Assembly (NCBI GenBank): GCA_031414955.1
Contig: JANOQV010000303.1
Coordinates: 1 to 23,263 of the forward strand
Reading direction: 5' to 3'
DNA length: 23,263 bases
Source of the DNA: Pedosphaera sp.
GTDB taxonomy: Bacteria; Verrucomicrobiota; Verrucomicrobiia; Limisphaerales; SIBH01
Shown here: one piece after another, positions 1 to 8,900 of the stretch
Position numbering within the stretch: the first letter of the stretch is position 1
How the letters are laid out: each line of letters opens with the position of its first letter
Notes under the pieces: model-generated
What the model was told of the DNA's origin: nothing
Seen by the model: only the letters and a program-made list of their open reading frames with translations
Database searches by the model: none
Position numbers and translations under genes: made by a program

Positions 1-90
1 AAAAACTCCCCCCCCCCCCCCGCCCCCCCCCCGCCACTTAACCCGCCCCCCCGCCCCCGCCCCCTTTTTGGCCCCTCCCCCCCCCCACCC
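1..90. other. Low-complexity poly-C tract, probably contig-end/low-quality sequence
   Basis: Successive C homopolymer runs at the very start of the window, unlike the rest of the sequence. Confidence 0.7.
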
Positions 91-92
91 CG

Positions 93-165
93 GGCGAGGC
101 CGCCGGCGCTCCGCCCGGTTCAGGGGAACACATCGTGAGCCTTGGCGGCTCATGGAATCTCTCCC
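93..165. repeat. Partial copy of the REP/MITE-like element also found at 3697-3790
   Basis: Reverse complement of 93-125 (ccctgaaccgggcggagcgccggcggcctcgcc) matches 3697-3729 with one mismatch; followed by ggctcatggaa, resembling the ggttcatgga end of the second copy. Confidence 0.8.
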
Positions 166-317
166 GAGCCACCGCGCCACCGAAAATGGCCCAGCCATTC
201 ATGGCTGGGGCCAGCGTTCCGATGCATTTCAAAGTCCGTCAGGACGAAAGAACGAGCGCAGAGGAAGGCATCTCAGCCACTTCACGCCCGGACTCGCCGT
301 GCCGATAATCGGGGCAA

Positions 318-2042
318 GTGGCAAAGACTCATCAACGAACACAACTGGCCCAACGGATCCTCACGCTCGTAGTGATGGTGACGGGCTTGGCTGCTTTCCC
401 GGCTCCGTTCCCCTTCCCTTATGGGTCAACCAACACGGTCTTGAACACGAACGATTCCGGCCCCGGTTCCCTGCGGGATACGGTCGCGAGTGCGACCAAC
501 TGGGACGCGATTGTTGTTTTCGATCCATCGCTCAATGGTCAGACCATCCGGCTCGAGAGTCAGATTGAGATTGGCATCATGACGATTGATGCGCGCAGCC
601 TGCCCGCCGGCCTGACCATCTCCGGCAATGGCACCAACCGAATATTCAACACTACGACTGGTGTTTGGCTTTATGGCCTCACGATTACGAATGGAGGTGG
701 CTGGAGCGAATGGAATCCTTGGGGAGGGGCCATTTATAATGGTGGCGTGCTGATCATGGAGGGATGCACGTTGACGGGCAACACGGGCTACAATGGCGGA
801 GCCATCTGTAATGCCCCCTTTGGTCAAGGGACTCTTTTCATGTCGAACTGCGTTCTTTCCGGAAACACCGCTTTGGGTGAGGGCAAGGGCGGGGCCATTT
901 TTAATATGGGAGATGTTAATGTTCAGATGGTGAATTGCCTCCTCACCAACAACTCTGCGATTAGTCTTCCAGAACCCAACAATAGATACGGCATGGGCGG
1001 CGCGATTTGGGGAGGCAATCTGAAAATGACCAATTGCACTTTGTCTGGAAATTCCGCAGGCAATGGAGGCGCGATTTACAGTAGTGCTGAATTCTGGCTA
1101 CAAGATTGCACTTTGGCGGGCAACACGGCCACCAGTGGTGGCGCCATTCATCTTGACTGGTGGGGCGGCGGAACATTGGTCCGTTGCACTCTCACCGGCA
1201 ATCGATCCCTTTCGACCTTGGGGACGAACTACAGCGGGGGCGGGGGCGCAATCTATATTTGGTATACCAATGTTTTATCCCTGACCCACTGCACGGTGGC
1301 GGGGAATTCTTCCCTGGGAAAAGGCGGAGGGATACTGGGCGGTTCTCTTCGATTGACCAACACCATCGTGGCGGGGAATACCGCTGTTATCCTGGAGGAG
1401 GCTGCGGATCTCTACAAAACGTTCGACTGCCATTTCGCGGGGGCGAATATTATCGGAAACCAATTCAGACCCATCGGTGCTGGTATTGACACCGGCCCTG
1501 CCGCCCTGACCAACGCACCGCTTCTGGCCCCGCTCGGCAACTATGGCGGTCCCACCCTGACGATGGCCTTGCTTCCCGGCAGCCCGGCGCGGAATGCCGC
1601 CGTGGGCAGCACCTCCACCAATGACCAGCGCGGTTTCCCCATCGTCGGCCCGGCGGACATCGGCGCTTATGAAGCCGGCACGACCACGAACTTCAACGCG
1701 TGGATTTGGGAGACCCTCAGCAGCACCAACTCCGTGGATCATCTTCCCGGCGCCGATCCGGATGCCGATGGCATTACCAACTACGACGAATGGCTGGCCT
1801 TGACCGACCCCGCGGCCAATTCATTACGAATGACCATGACCTTGTCCGGCACCAACGCGGTGATTCGCTTTCCCACCGTCAGCAATCGCCAATACACCTT
1901 GTGGACTACGGAAGCGTTATCCTGCGGGTGGACAAACTCCCGCTGGCCCGGTCTGCAAGGCAACGGCTCGACGATGGCCTTCACCAATCCAGTCAGTCCC
2001 ACCGCGCCGCATCAGTTCTACAAAATCCAAGCCACACCCTAA
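318..2042 (+). CDS. Secreted right-handed beta-helix protein (GGAI/Pmp-like repeats, choice-of-anchor Q-like domain, Verrucomicrobial C-terminal domain)
   Basis: N-terminal hydrophobic stretch; DSGPGSLR motif; many GGAI...CTLxGN repeats; PLLAPLGNYGGPTLTMALLPGSPA...DQRG...DIGAYE; DPDADGITNYDE acidic motif; ends QFYKI. Confidence 0.85.
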   Translation: MAKTHQRTQLAQRILTLVVMVTGLAAFPAPFPFPYGSTNTVLNTNDSGPGSLRDTVASATNWDAIVVFDPSLNGQTIRLESQIEIGIMTIDARSLPAGLTISGNGTNRIFNTTTGVWLYGLTITNGGGWSEWNPWGGAIYNGGVLIMEGCTLTGNTGYNGGAICNAPFGQGTLFMSNCVLSGNTALGEGKGGAIFNMGDVNVQMVNCLLTNNSAISLPEPNNRYGMGGAIWGGNLKMTNCTLSGNSAGNGGAIYSSAEFWLQDCTLAGNTATSGGAIHLDWWGGGTLVRCTLTGNRSLSTLGTNYSGGGGAIYIWYTNVLSLTHCTVAGNSSLGKGGGILGGSLRLTNTIVAGNTAVILEEAADLYKTFDCHFAGANIIGNQFRPIGAGIDTGPAALTNAPLLAPLGNYGGPTLTMALLPGSPARNAAVGSTSTNDQRGFPIVGPADIGAYEAGTTTNFNAWIWETLSSTNSVDHLPGADPDADGITNYDEWLALTDPAANSLRMTMTLSGTNAVIRFPTVSNRQYTLWTTEALSCGWTNSRWPGLQGNGSTMAFTNPVSPTAPHQFYKIQATP

Positions 2043-2161
2043 GCCGGGGGTGAATGGGTTGCGGCCAGATGAAAGTTCAAGGCTGCTGCCTTCTCCCCTT
2101 CGCCTGCTTCGCCCCCTTCGCGAGACATTCAGGGCTTCAGTCGCAAACCACGCCCTCACTC

Positions 2162-2191
2162 TTGACCCTCTTCGCGCGCTTCCAGCATCTT
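2162..2191 (+). promoter_or_regulatory. Candidate sigma70 promoter of the glcD-like gene
   Basis: TTGACC (2162-2167), 18-nt spacer, CATCTT (2186-2191), 9 nt before ATG 2201; no obvious Shine-Dalgarno. Confidence 0.35.
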
Positions 2192-2200
2192 TCCGCGCAC

Positions 2201-3583
2201 ATGGCACTGTCTGAACAAGCTCTCTCCGAACTGCGCGCGCTCGTCGGCGCGGCCAACGTCCTGACCAGCCTCGAAGATTTGATTCCGTACTCGTTCGATG
2301 GCACGGCGGCGCTTCAGCAGATGCCGGGCTGCGTGCTTTTCGTGTCGAGCACGGCGCAAATCTCGCAACTGCTCCAGTGGGCCAACCGCACGCGCACCGC
2401 CATCGTCACGCGTGGTTCGGGCACGGGCTTGAGCGGCGGCAGCCTGCCGTCCACGGACTGCGTGGTGATGTGTACGGTGCGGATGGACAAGATTCTGGAA
2501 GTGGATCGCGCCAACCTCACCATGCTGGTCGAGCCGGGCGTGACCACCATCCAGATCGCCGAGGCTGCGACCAAGGCCGGGCTGTTCTACCCGCCCGATC
2601 CAGGTTCGATGAAGATTTCCACCATCGGCGGCAACGTGGCGGAGAATTCCGGCGGGCTGCGTGGATTGAAATACGGCGTCACGCGCAACTACGTGATGGG
2701 CATGGAAGTGGTGCTGCCGAATGGCGACGTGACCTTCCTCGGCAACAAGTGCGTGAAGGATGTGGCGGGCTATTCGCTCAAGGATGTCTTCATCGGCAGC
2801 GAAGGCACGCTGGGCGTGATCACCAAGGTGCTGCTCAAATTGATCCCCCCGCCGCAGACCAAGAAGACCATGGTCGCGACTTTTGCGAAGATGGATGCCG
2901 CCGCCGAGACGGTCTCGGCGATCATCGCGGCGCAGATCATTCCCTGCACGCTGGAGTTTCTGGACCGCACCACGATTCATTGCGTGGAGGATTACGCGAA
3001 GATTGGACTGCCGCTCGATTGCGAGGCGTTGCTCCTCATCGAGAGCGATGGGCATCCGGCGGTGGTGGCCGAGGAGGCAGCGGCGATGGAGCGCATCGCG
3101 CGCGCGCACGGTTGCCTGGAAGTGCGCGTGGCCAAGGATGAGGCCGAGGCCAACAAGCTGGCCAGTGCCCGGCGCTCGGCCTTCTCCGCGCTGGCCCGCG
3201 TGGCTCCGACGACGATCCTCGAAGACGCCACCGTGCCGCGCAGCGAACTGGGCCACATGATTCGTTTCGTGGAACAGGTGGCGAAGAAGCATCGCCTGAA
3301 GATCGGCACCTTCGGCCACATGGGCGACGGCAATTTGCACCCGACCTTTCTCACCGACGAGCGCAACAAGGAGGAGATGCATCGCGTCGAGGAGGCCTTC
3401 GTGGAAATCTTCGATGAGGCCATCCGGCTGGGCGGCACCATCACGGGGGAGCATGGCATCGGCGTGGCCAAGAAAAGTTTCCTGCCCAAGTTTGCCGGCG
3501 AAGCCCAGATGAAAGTGCTGCGCGATCTGCGTCGAACACTTGACCCGAACGGCATCCTGAATCCGGGGAAGATGTTCGACTGA
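2201..3583 (+). CDS. glcD: FAD-linked oxidase, glycolate oxidase subunit GlcD / D-lactate dehydrogenase family
   Basis: RGSGTGLSGG, FYPPDPGS...STIGGNVAENSGG, KYGVTRNYV, GSEGTLGVIT, GHMGDGNLHP, GTITGEHGIG, DPNGILNPGK; start placed at ATG 2201 (MALSEQ). Confidence 0.9.
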   Translation: MALSEQALSELRALVGAANVLTSLEDLIPYSFDGTAALQQMPGCVLFVSSTAQISQLLQWANRTRTAIVTRGSGTGLSGGSLPSTDCVVMCTVRMDKILEVDRANLTMLVEPGVTTIQIAEAATKAGLFYPPDPGSMKISTIGGNVAENSGGLRGLKYGVTRNYVMGMEVVLPNGDVTFLGNKCVKDVAGYSLKDVFIGSEGTLGVITKVLLKLIPPPQTKKTMVATFAKMDAAAETVSAIIAAQIIPCTLEFLDRTTIHCVEDYAKIGLPLDCEALLLIESDGHPAVVAEEAAAMERIARAHGCLEVRVAKDEAEANKLASARRSAFSALARVAPTTILEDATVPRSELGHMIRFVEQVAKKHRLKIGTFGHMGDGNLHPTFLTDERNKEEMHRVEEAFVEIFDEAIRLGGTITGEHGIGVAKKSFLPKFAGEAQMKVLRDLRRTLDPNGILNPGKMFD

Positions 3584-3696
3584 GCGAGCGGCCTGACGGC
3601 CTCCCATCGCTTCATGTCGCCAGGGCACTCTGCTCATCCTCTGAAGGAGAGGAGAGGGCGGCCGCAATTCCACGAACGATGGTTCGCGATTTGTGA

Positions 3697-3790
3697 CCCT
3701 GAACCGGGCGGAGCGCCGGCGTCCTCGCCGGCTTGGCGCGGGCGAAGGTCCAAAGCCGGCGGGACGCCGGCGCTCCGGTTCATGGAGAGG
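3697..3790. repeat. Palindromic REP/MITE-like element between convergent genes
   Basis: Inner inverted arms ggagcgccggcgtcctcgccggct / agccggcgggacgccggcgctcc; outer arms ccctgaacc / ggttcatgg; second copy at 93-125. Confidence 0.85.
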
Positions 3791-3839
3791 GAGTCCGAAG
3801 CGCCGGATTTAAGAACAGTGTCCAGATGCGCCCCGCCGC

Positions 3840-5417
3840 CTACGGCCCCAGCACGGCGCGGAAGAATCTCGCCCCAGCTCCCGCCGCGTTCGTGTCCATG
3901 AGGTCGAAGCCGCTTCCGGAGATCGTGTTGCTCGCGACCGCAGTCCAATGCACGAGGTTTGTCGAGGCTTCCGTGATGACCGTCTGACCGGCGAAGGCGG
4001 TGATCCGCAGTTTGAACACGCCATTGGTGAAACCGAGGGAGGCGAGCCGGGGCGGATTCACACTCGTGGTCAGATTCACCGGCGCAGGCGCGTAAAGAAA
4101 TCGCGTGCGCCCGGCCTGGCTCAATTTCGCCAGCAAACGATAGGAGCCGGGTTCAAGCGACGCTGCATCCGGTTGCGCACTGCGAGTGACGGCCACCGTG
4201 GCATTCGTGCCCGTGCCGGCCAGCACTTCCTGAAACACCAGCGTCTCGTTGCCATTCCAGGGATTCGCATCGCGATCCAGAAACGCTTCCGCGGTGACGT
4301 TCGTCGCCTGGTTCACACCGGACTGATGGTGCAGGGTGAAATCAAACGGCAGCCCGGCGGGCAGCGGATTGGTCGCCGAGTGGGTCAGCAAAATGGGATT
4401 CGGCCACGCGCCGCTGTTCGCGGGCAGCAGCACGCGATTGGTGGTCTGGCCCGCGCCCAGCGGATAATTTCGGTTGAACCCGTCGCTGATGCGCCCGTTG
4501 CCCCCGCCCGCCGGTTCGGCGCTGCTCAAACGGTCGCCGCCGCCGATCAGGCTGAGGCGCAAGCCCGCGTTCGTGCCGCGTTGCTCGGAGGTCATCCACC
4601 AATTCTGCCGCTCGGTGCCGGAGATGGTGGCGCCATCGACCGTGATGGGGGTGTTGAAATCAATCGTGCCGTGATACCAGAGGTGAACGTCACTGTGCGC
4701 GGAGAACGCCGCGCCGCCCAGGTTGGTCAGCTTCCGGTTGTAGGCACCAGGCAATGACTGACCTTGCGGATCAAGAAACACGCCGAGGTTCTGCCAGTAG
4801 TTGTCCGCATACAGAATGTTGGCGTACAGCTTCATCGCCGGATCGCCCAAGCCCGACACCGGCACCGGATCGAGCGTGGTGAGATGATCCACCCAGACGC
4901 CTTCAGCACCCAGCAGGCGCGACAACTCCGCCACGAGCGACGCGCCTCGACTGTGCCCGACCAGGTGCAAAGGCATTTGCACGAGCGAGCGTCCGTCGAG
5001 CGCCGGGATCAAATTGGTGGCCAGCAACGCCTGCGCGGCGGCGGTGGCGATGGTGGTGGTGGCGGGTCCATTCAAGCCGGACAGCGTAGACCAGTTCAGC
5101 TTGATCAGAATCTCCCCCGACGAGGCCGCCAATGGATTCGTCCCCGAAAGAAATGTGGCCGCCGCCACGTATTGTCCCTGGCCGTTTTGTGTGATGGTGA
5201 TTTCGTAGCAGGCGGTGTTGGTGGGTGACAGTGCCCCGTATTGCGTGACACGACCCTGCATCGGGATGATCCACGAGGCGACGTCGCTGTTGAAACCATG
5301 CGTGATGAGCGTCACGCCGCCCGCCCTGGCGCCACCAATGACGGCGCAAAAAATCGCGACGGGCAGCAGACGCCGGAGTCCGAATCTGCGCTGGGGCCAA
5401 GAACCATTAGGCATCAT
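3840..5417 (-). CDS. Secreted alpha/beta hydrolase (lipase/esterase-like) with Ig-like and Verrucomicrobial C-terminal domains
   Basis: Signal peptide ending GARA-G; LITHGF oxyanion motif; HLVGHSRGA nucleophile elbow; TTLDP; AHSDVH; C-terminal EASTNLVHW...RFFRA. ORF-track extension to 5591 runs through the tRNA; start is 5417 or 5465. Confidence 0.85.
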   Translation of the reverse strand: MMPNGSWPQRRFGLRRLLPVAIFCAVIGGARAGGVTLITHGFNSDVASWIIPMQGRVTQYGALSPTNTACYEITITQNGQGQYVAAATFLSGTNPLAASSGEILIKLNWSTLSGLNGPATTTIATAAAQALLATNLIPALDGRSLVQMPLHLVGHSRGASLVAELSRLLGAEGVWVDHLTTLDPVPVSGLGDPAMKLYANILYADNYWQNLGVFLDPQGQSLPGAYNRKLTNLGGAAFSAHSDVHLWYHGTIDFNTPITVDGATISGTERQNWWMTSEQRGTNAGLRLSLIGGGDRLSSAEPAGGGNGRISDGFNRNYPLGAGQTTNRVLLPANSGAWPNPILLTHSATNPLPAGLPFDFTLHHQSGVNQATNVTAEAFLDRDANPWNGNETLVFQEVLAGTGTNATVAVTRSAQPDAASLEPGSYRLLAKLSQAGRTRFLYAPAPVNLTTSVNPPRLASLGFTNGVFKLRITAFAGQTVITEASTNLVHWTAVASNTISGSGFDLMDTNAAGAGARFFRAVLGP

Positions 5418-5497
5418 GATGTGGAGAGTGAATCGCGACCTGGCAGCGGTCACAAGCTCGGTCATGGAAGCCTTTGCTGGGAAGCCGCCGATAAAAG

Positions 5498-5585
5498 TGG
5501 CGGAGAGAGTGAGATTTGAACTCACGGTAGTGTTACCTACGCACGCTTTCCAGGCGTGTGCCTTAAACCACTCAGCCATCTCTCC
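5498..5585 (-). tRNA. tRNA-Ser (anticodon GGA), CCA encoded
   Basis: Minus strand GGAGAGATGGCTGAGTGGTTTAAGGCACACGCCTGGAAAGCGTGCGTAGGTAACACTACCGTGAGTTCAAATCTCACTCTCTCCGCCA: acceptor stem, anticodon arm CACGC/GCGTG, long variable arm, TTCAAAT T-loop. Confidence 0.97.
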
Positions 5586-5590
5586 AACCA

Positions 5591-5742
5591 AAGGAACCCC
5601 GGGCCTGTGCGCTAACCATTGCCCACCTAAGTTGACAATTCGAGCCGACGCTCTTGTTCCGTTCGCCTCAACGAGGTCTTAAACCTCCCGTCTCCGCCCG
5701 GCAAAATCCTGGTGGGTAATGTGGTTGGCGGCACCGGGTCTT
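5591..5742 (+). ncRNA. ssrS: Probable 6S RNA
   Basis: Long closing stem: cattgcccacc (5617-5627)/ggtgggtaatg (5711-5721), gctaacc/ggttggc, gtgc/gcac, cccgg/ccggg; G-U pairs favour + strand; 6S-like motifs recalled from known 6S RNAs: 5' TGTGCG, GAGCCGA, GCCTC...GAGGTCTTAAA, 3' GGCGGCAC. Confidence 0.6.
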
Positions 5743-5845
5743 GGCAAGCCCTTTGCGTGAATCAGGTTCAGGGCAACTCCTCCGGCCAGTTTGGTTGCTG
5801 AGTCCTGACCAGGCGCGGGCCAAATGGTGGTTGCCGCGCAAGGAA

Positions 5846-5871
5846 CCGATGGTGATACTGTCGCCCATCGG
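5846..5871. other. Stem-loop upstream of the envelope operon (leader or terminator-like)
   Basis: ccgatgg (5846-5852) / ccatcgg (5865-5871) perfect 7-bp stem, extendable with G-U pairs; no U-tract. Confidence 0.35.
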
Positions 5872-5909
5872 CCATGTAGAAACTGACGGAAGAATCCGAG
5901 GATCGTGTT

Positions 5910-8900
5910 ATGACTGAAATCCTGCTCAAGCGCGAACTGGAGCCGCTGGCAAGACAGCGCCAGCGTTTCAAGCTGCTCATCGCTCTCGCCGTCTCCTGGT
6001 GTGTTGTGGCGGCCGTCGCTTTTGGTGCCTTTATCGTCTCGCGTTACTTCCTGCCACTCGCGCCGACCTTGCTCATCACCGGGGTCGTGGTGCTCGCCAT
6101 CATTGCCTACGCGATCTCTTCAAAAATCGTCAACCGTTCCGCGCCGGACTTCCGCGACCTCGCCCGCAAGATCGAAACCGACAAGCCCGACCTGCACACG
6201 CTGTTGCTCACGGCGGTCGAACAGGAGCGGGATGAAAAGACGGGGCGGCTCGGCTATTTGCAGGAGCGGCTCATCGGCGATGCGTTGGGAGCCATCCGCC
6301 AGGAACAGAATCTGCATGTGGTGCCGCGGAGCCGGATGCTGTTCGCGAACGCGATTCATCTGGTGGCGCTGATCATTCTGGCGCTGGTGCTGTTCAAGGT
6401 TCCGGGCGGGCCGCAATCGAGCGCCTTGCTCGCGAACAGCGCGGCCTCAGCTTCGCGCGCGAAGAGCAACGTGACCGTCACACCCGGCGATGCGCTCGTC
6501 GAAAAGGGCAGCGCGCTGGTGGTGCTGGCGAAGTTCGACGGCGTGGTTCCTCCAGGGGCCACGCTGGTGGTGACGACCAACGGTGGCACGGCACAGCGCA
6601 TTCCGCTGGCCAAGAATCTCAACGACCCGGTCTTCGGCGCGAGCATCGCGGAAGTGCGCGGACCGCTCACCTACCGCGTCGAGTTCGGCGAGGAGCAAAC
6701 GCCCGAGTTCAAGGTGACGGTGTTCGAGCATCCGCGATTGGAGCGCGCCGACGCCCAGATCACTTACCCGACTTACACGGAGTTGCCGACCAAGCGCATC
6801 GAGGACACGAAGCGCATCAGCGCGGTGGAAGGCTCGACTGTGGATTTTGATTTTCAGTTGAACAAGCCGGTGGCATCGGCACGCCTCGTGGCAAAGGATC
6901 AGACCATCCTGCCGGTGGACATCGAGACGAACAAGGCGCAGGCGCACCTGAAGGCTTACAAGTTGGAGACGAGCCAGAGCTACGAGTTGCAACTCGTCGA
7001 TGCGGACGGGCGCTCGAACAAGCTGGTGACGACGTTTGTCTTCGACGTGCTGACGAACGGGCGGCCAACTCTGAAATTCATCGCGCCGCGCGGCGACCAG
7101 CGCGTGTCGCCATTACAAGAGATGCTATTCTCGGCCGAGGCGCAGGACGACTTCGGGCTGCGCGACCATGGCCTGAGTTACTCGGTCGGCGGCGGTGAAC
7201 TCACCACCTTCGTCGCGGGCACCAACGCGCCGGCGAAGGTCAAAACGAATTTCACCCACCTGCTCAAGCTCGAGGAACTGCGCGCCCAGCCGGATCAACT
7301 CGTCTCCTATTTCATCTGGGCCGACGACGTGGGGCCGGACGGCCAGATTCGTCGCACGTCGAGCGACATGTATTTCGCTGAAGTGCGCGCGTTCGAGGAA
7401 ATTTTCCGCGAGGCCGAGAGCATGACCGGCGAGCAGCAGCAACAACAGCAACAGCAGCAGCGCCAGAACCAGGCGACCAAGCTGGTGGAGTTGCAAAAGC
7501 AGATCATCAACGCGACGTGGAAACTCCAACGGCAGGAGACCAGCCCGAAGCCGTCCGCGCAGTATCTGACCGATGAGCCGGTGGTGCGCGACTCGCAGGC
7601 CAGCGCCATCGAGCAGGCGCAGGGCATGGAGGAAGAAGCGCAGGATGTGCGGGCCAAGGAAGCGCTCCAGTCAGCTTTGAAGCACATGGATGCGGCGCTG
7701 GAACAGTTGAACAACGCGACCAATTCTCTTTCACCGCTGCCCAAGGCGCTGGCCGAGGAACAGGCGGCGTTTCAGGATTTGCTCAAGTTGCAGGCGCGGG
7801 AATTTCAGGTGGCCAAGGCGCAAAAGCAACAGGGCCCGCCGCAGAAGCAGGAATCACAACGCAACCAGTCACAGATCGATCAGCTTGATCTCAAGCAGGA
7901 GGAAAATCGCTACGAGACGGAACGCCAGGCCACCGCTCCACAGCAGGACGCCGCGAAGCAGGAACAGTTGGAACAAATCAACCGCCTCAAGGAACTCGCC
8001 CAACGCCAGCAGGACATCAACGAGAAGTTGAAGGAGTTGCAGACGGCTTTGCAGGAAGCCAAGACGGAAAAGGAGAAGGAAGATTTGCAACGCGAGCTGA
8101 AGCGCCTGCGCGAGGAGCAACGCGAGCAACTGGCCGACATGGATGAACTCAAGCAGCGCATGGAGGCCCAAAAGGGCGAGCAAGCTCAGTCCAAGGAAGC
8201 CCAGCAGCAATTGGATCAAGCGCGGCAGGAGGCGCAGAAGGCTTCCGAAGCGATGGAGAAGGGACAGGTCTCGCAGGCGCTCGCTTCCGGCACCCGCGCC
8301 GAGCGCGACTTGGAAAAGATGCGCGACGAGGCGCGCAAGAAGAATTCCAACCAGTTCTCCGAAGAGATGAAGCAGATGCGCAACGACGCGCGCGACCTGG
8401 CCGAGAAGCAGGATGAGATCAAGAAGAAGCTCGACGAGACGGTGAACCAGCCCAAGGCGTTGAGCGATTCCGGCGAGGCCCAGAAACTGGCCGAGCAACT
8501 CGCGCAGCAGAAACAGGGCGTGACCAACCTGCTCGACCAGATGAAGAAGGTCAGCGCGCAATCCGAGAACGTCGAGCCGCTGCTCTCCAAGCAGCTTTAC
8601 GATTCGTTGCGCAAGAACAGCCAGGGCAACCTCGTCCAGTCGCTGGCCGCCTCGGAGGAATTGTTGAAGCGCAACTTCACCCGCGAGGCGCAGCAGTTCG
8701 AGCAGCGCGCGAACAAGGACATCCAGAACCTGAAACAAGATGTGGAGCGCGCCGCCGAGAGCGTGTTGGGCGATGAAACGGAAGCGTTGCGTGCTGCCAA
8801 GCGCGAACTCGACGCACTGACCCAGCAGCTTCAAAGCGAACTCGCCCGCGCGATGGCAACCAACGCCGCCGCCTCAAACGCCTTGGCGGCCGCCACCCGC

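Noticed and set aside
1..90. Poly-C tract as a G-quadruplex or phase-variation locus
   Set aside because: At the window edge and looks like degraded reads; cannot be trusted
2054..2200. N-terminal extension of GlcD in the ORF track
   Set aside because: Overlaps a short repeat and the candidate promoter; family-like sequence starts at Met 2201
2156..3673. 505-aa minus-strand ORF, and similar long antisense ORFs such as 18762-20195, 13112-14158, 7869-8834 and 9213-10439
   Set aside because: Shadow ORFs opposite well-supported genes, expected from high-GC codon bias; no motifs
5498..5530. tRNA 3' end as an att site of an integrated element
   Set aside because: No integrase and no duplicated tRNA 3' fragment noticed in the window
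5466..5591. 5' extension of the hydrolase ORF (MVGEMAEWFKAHAWKA)
   Set aside because: Largely the translated tRNA-Ser sequence
5690..5900. SRP RNA, c-di-GMP or fluoride riboswitch
   Set aside because: Diagnostic motifs (SRP CAGG...GGAA...AGCAG, GEMM GAAA/GCAAAG arrangement, crcB pseudoknot) not found
7434..7460. CAG/CAA run as a contingency repeat
   Set aside because: Mixed codons for an in-frame poly-Gln linker; slippage would not switch frame
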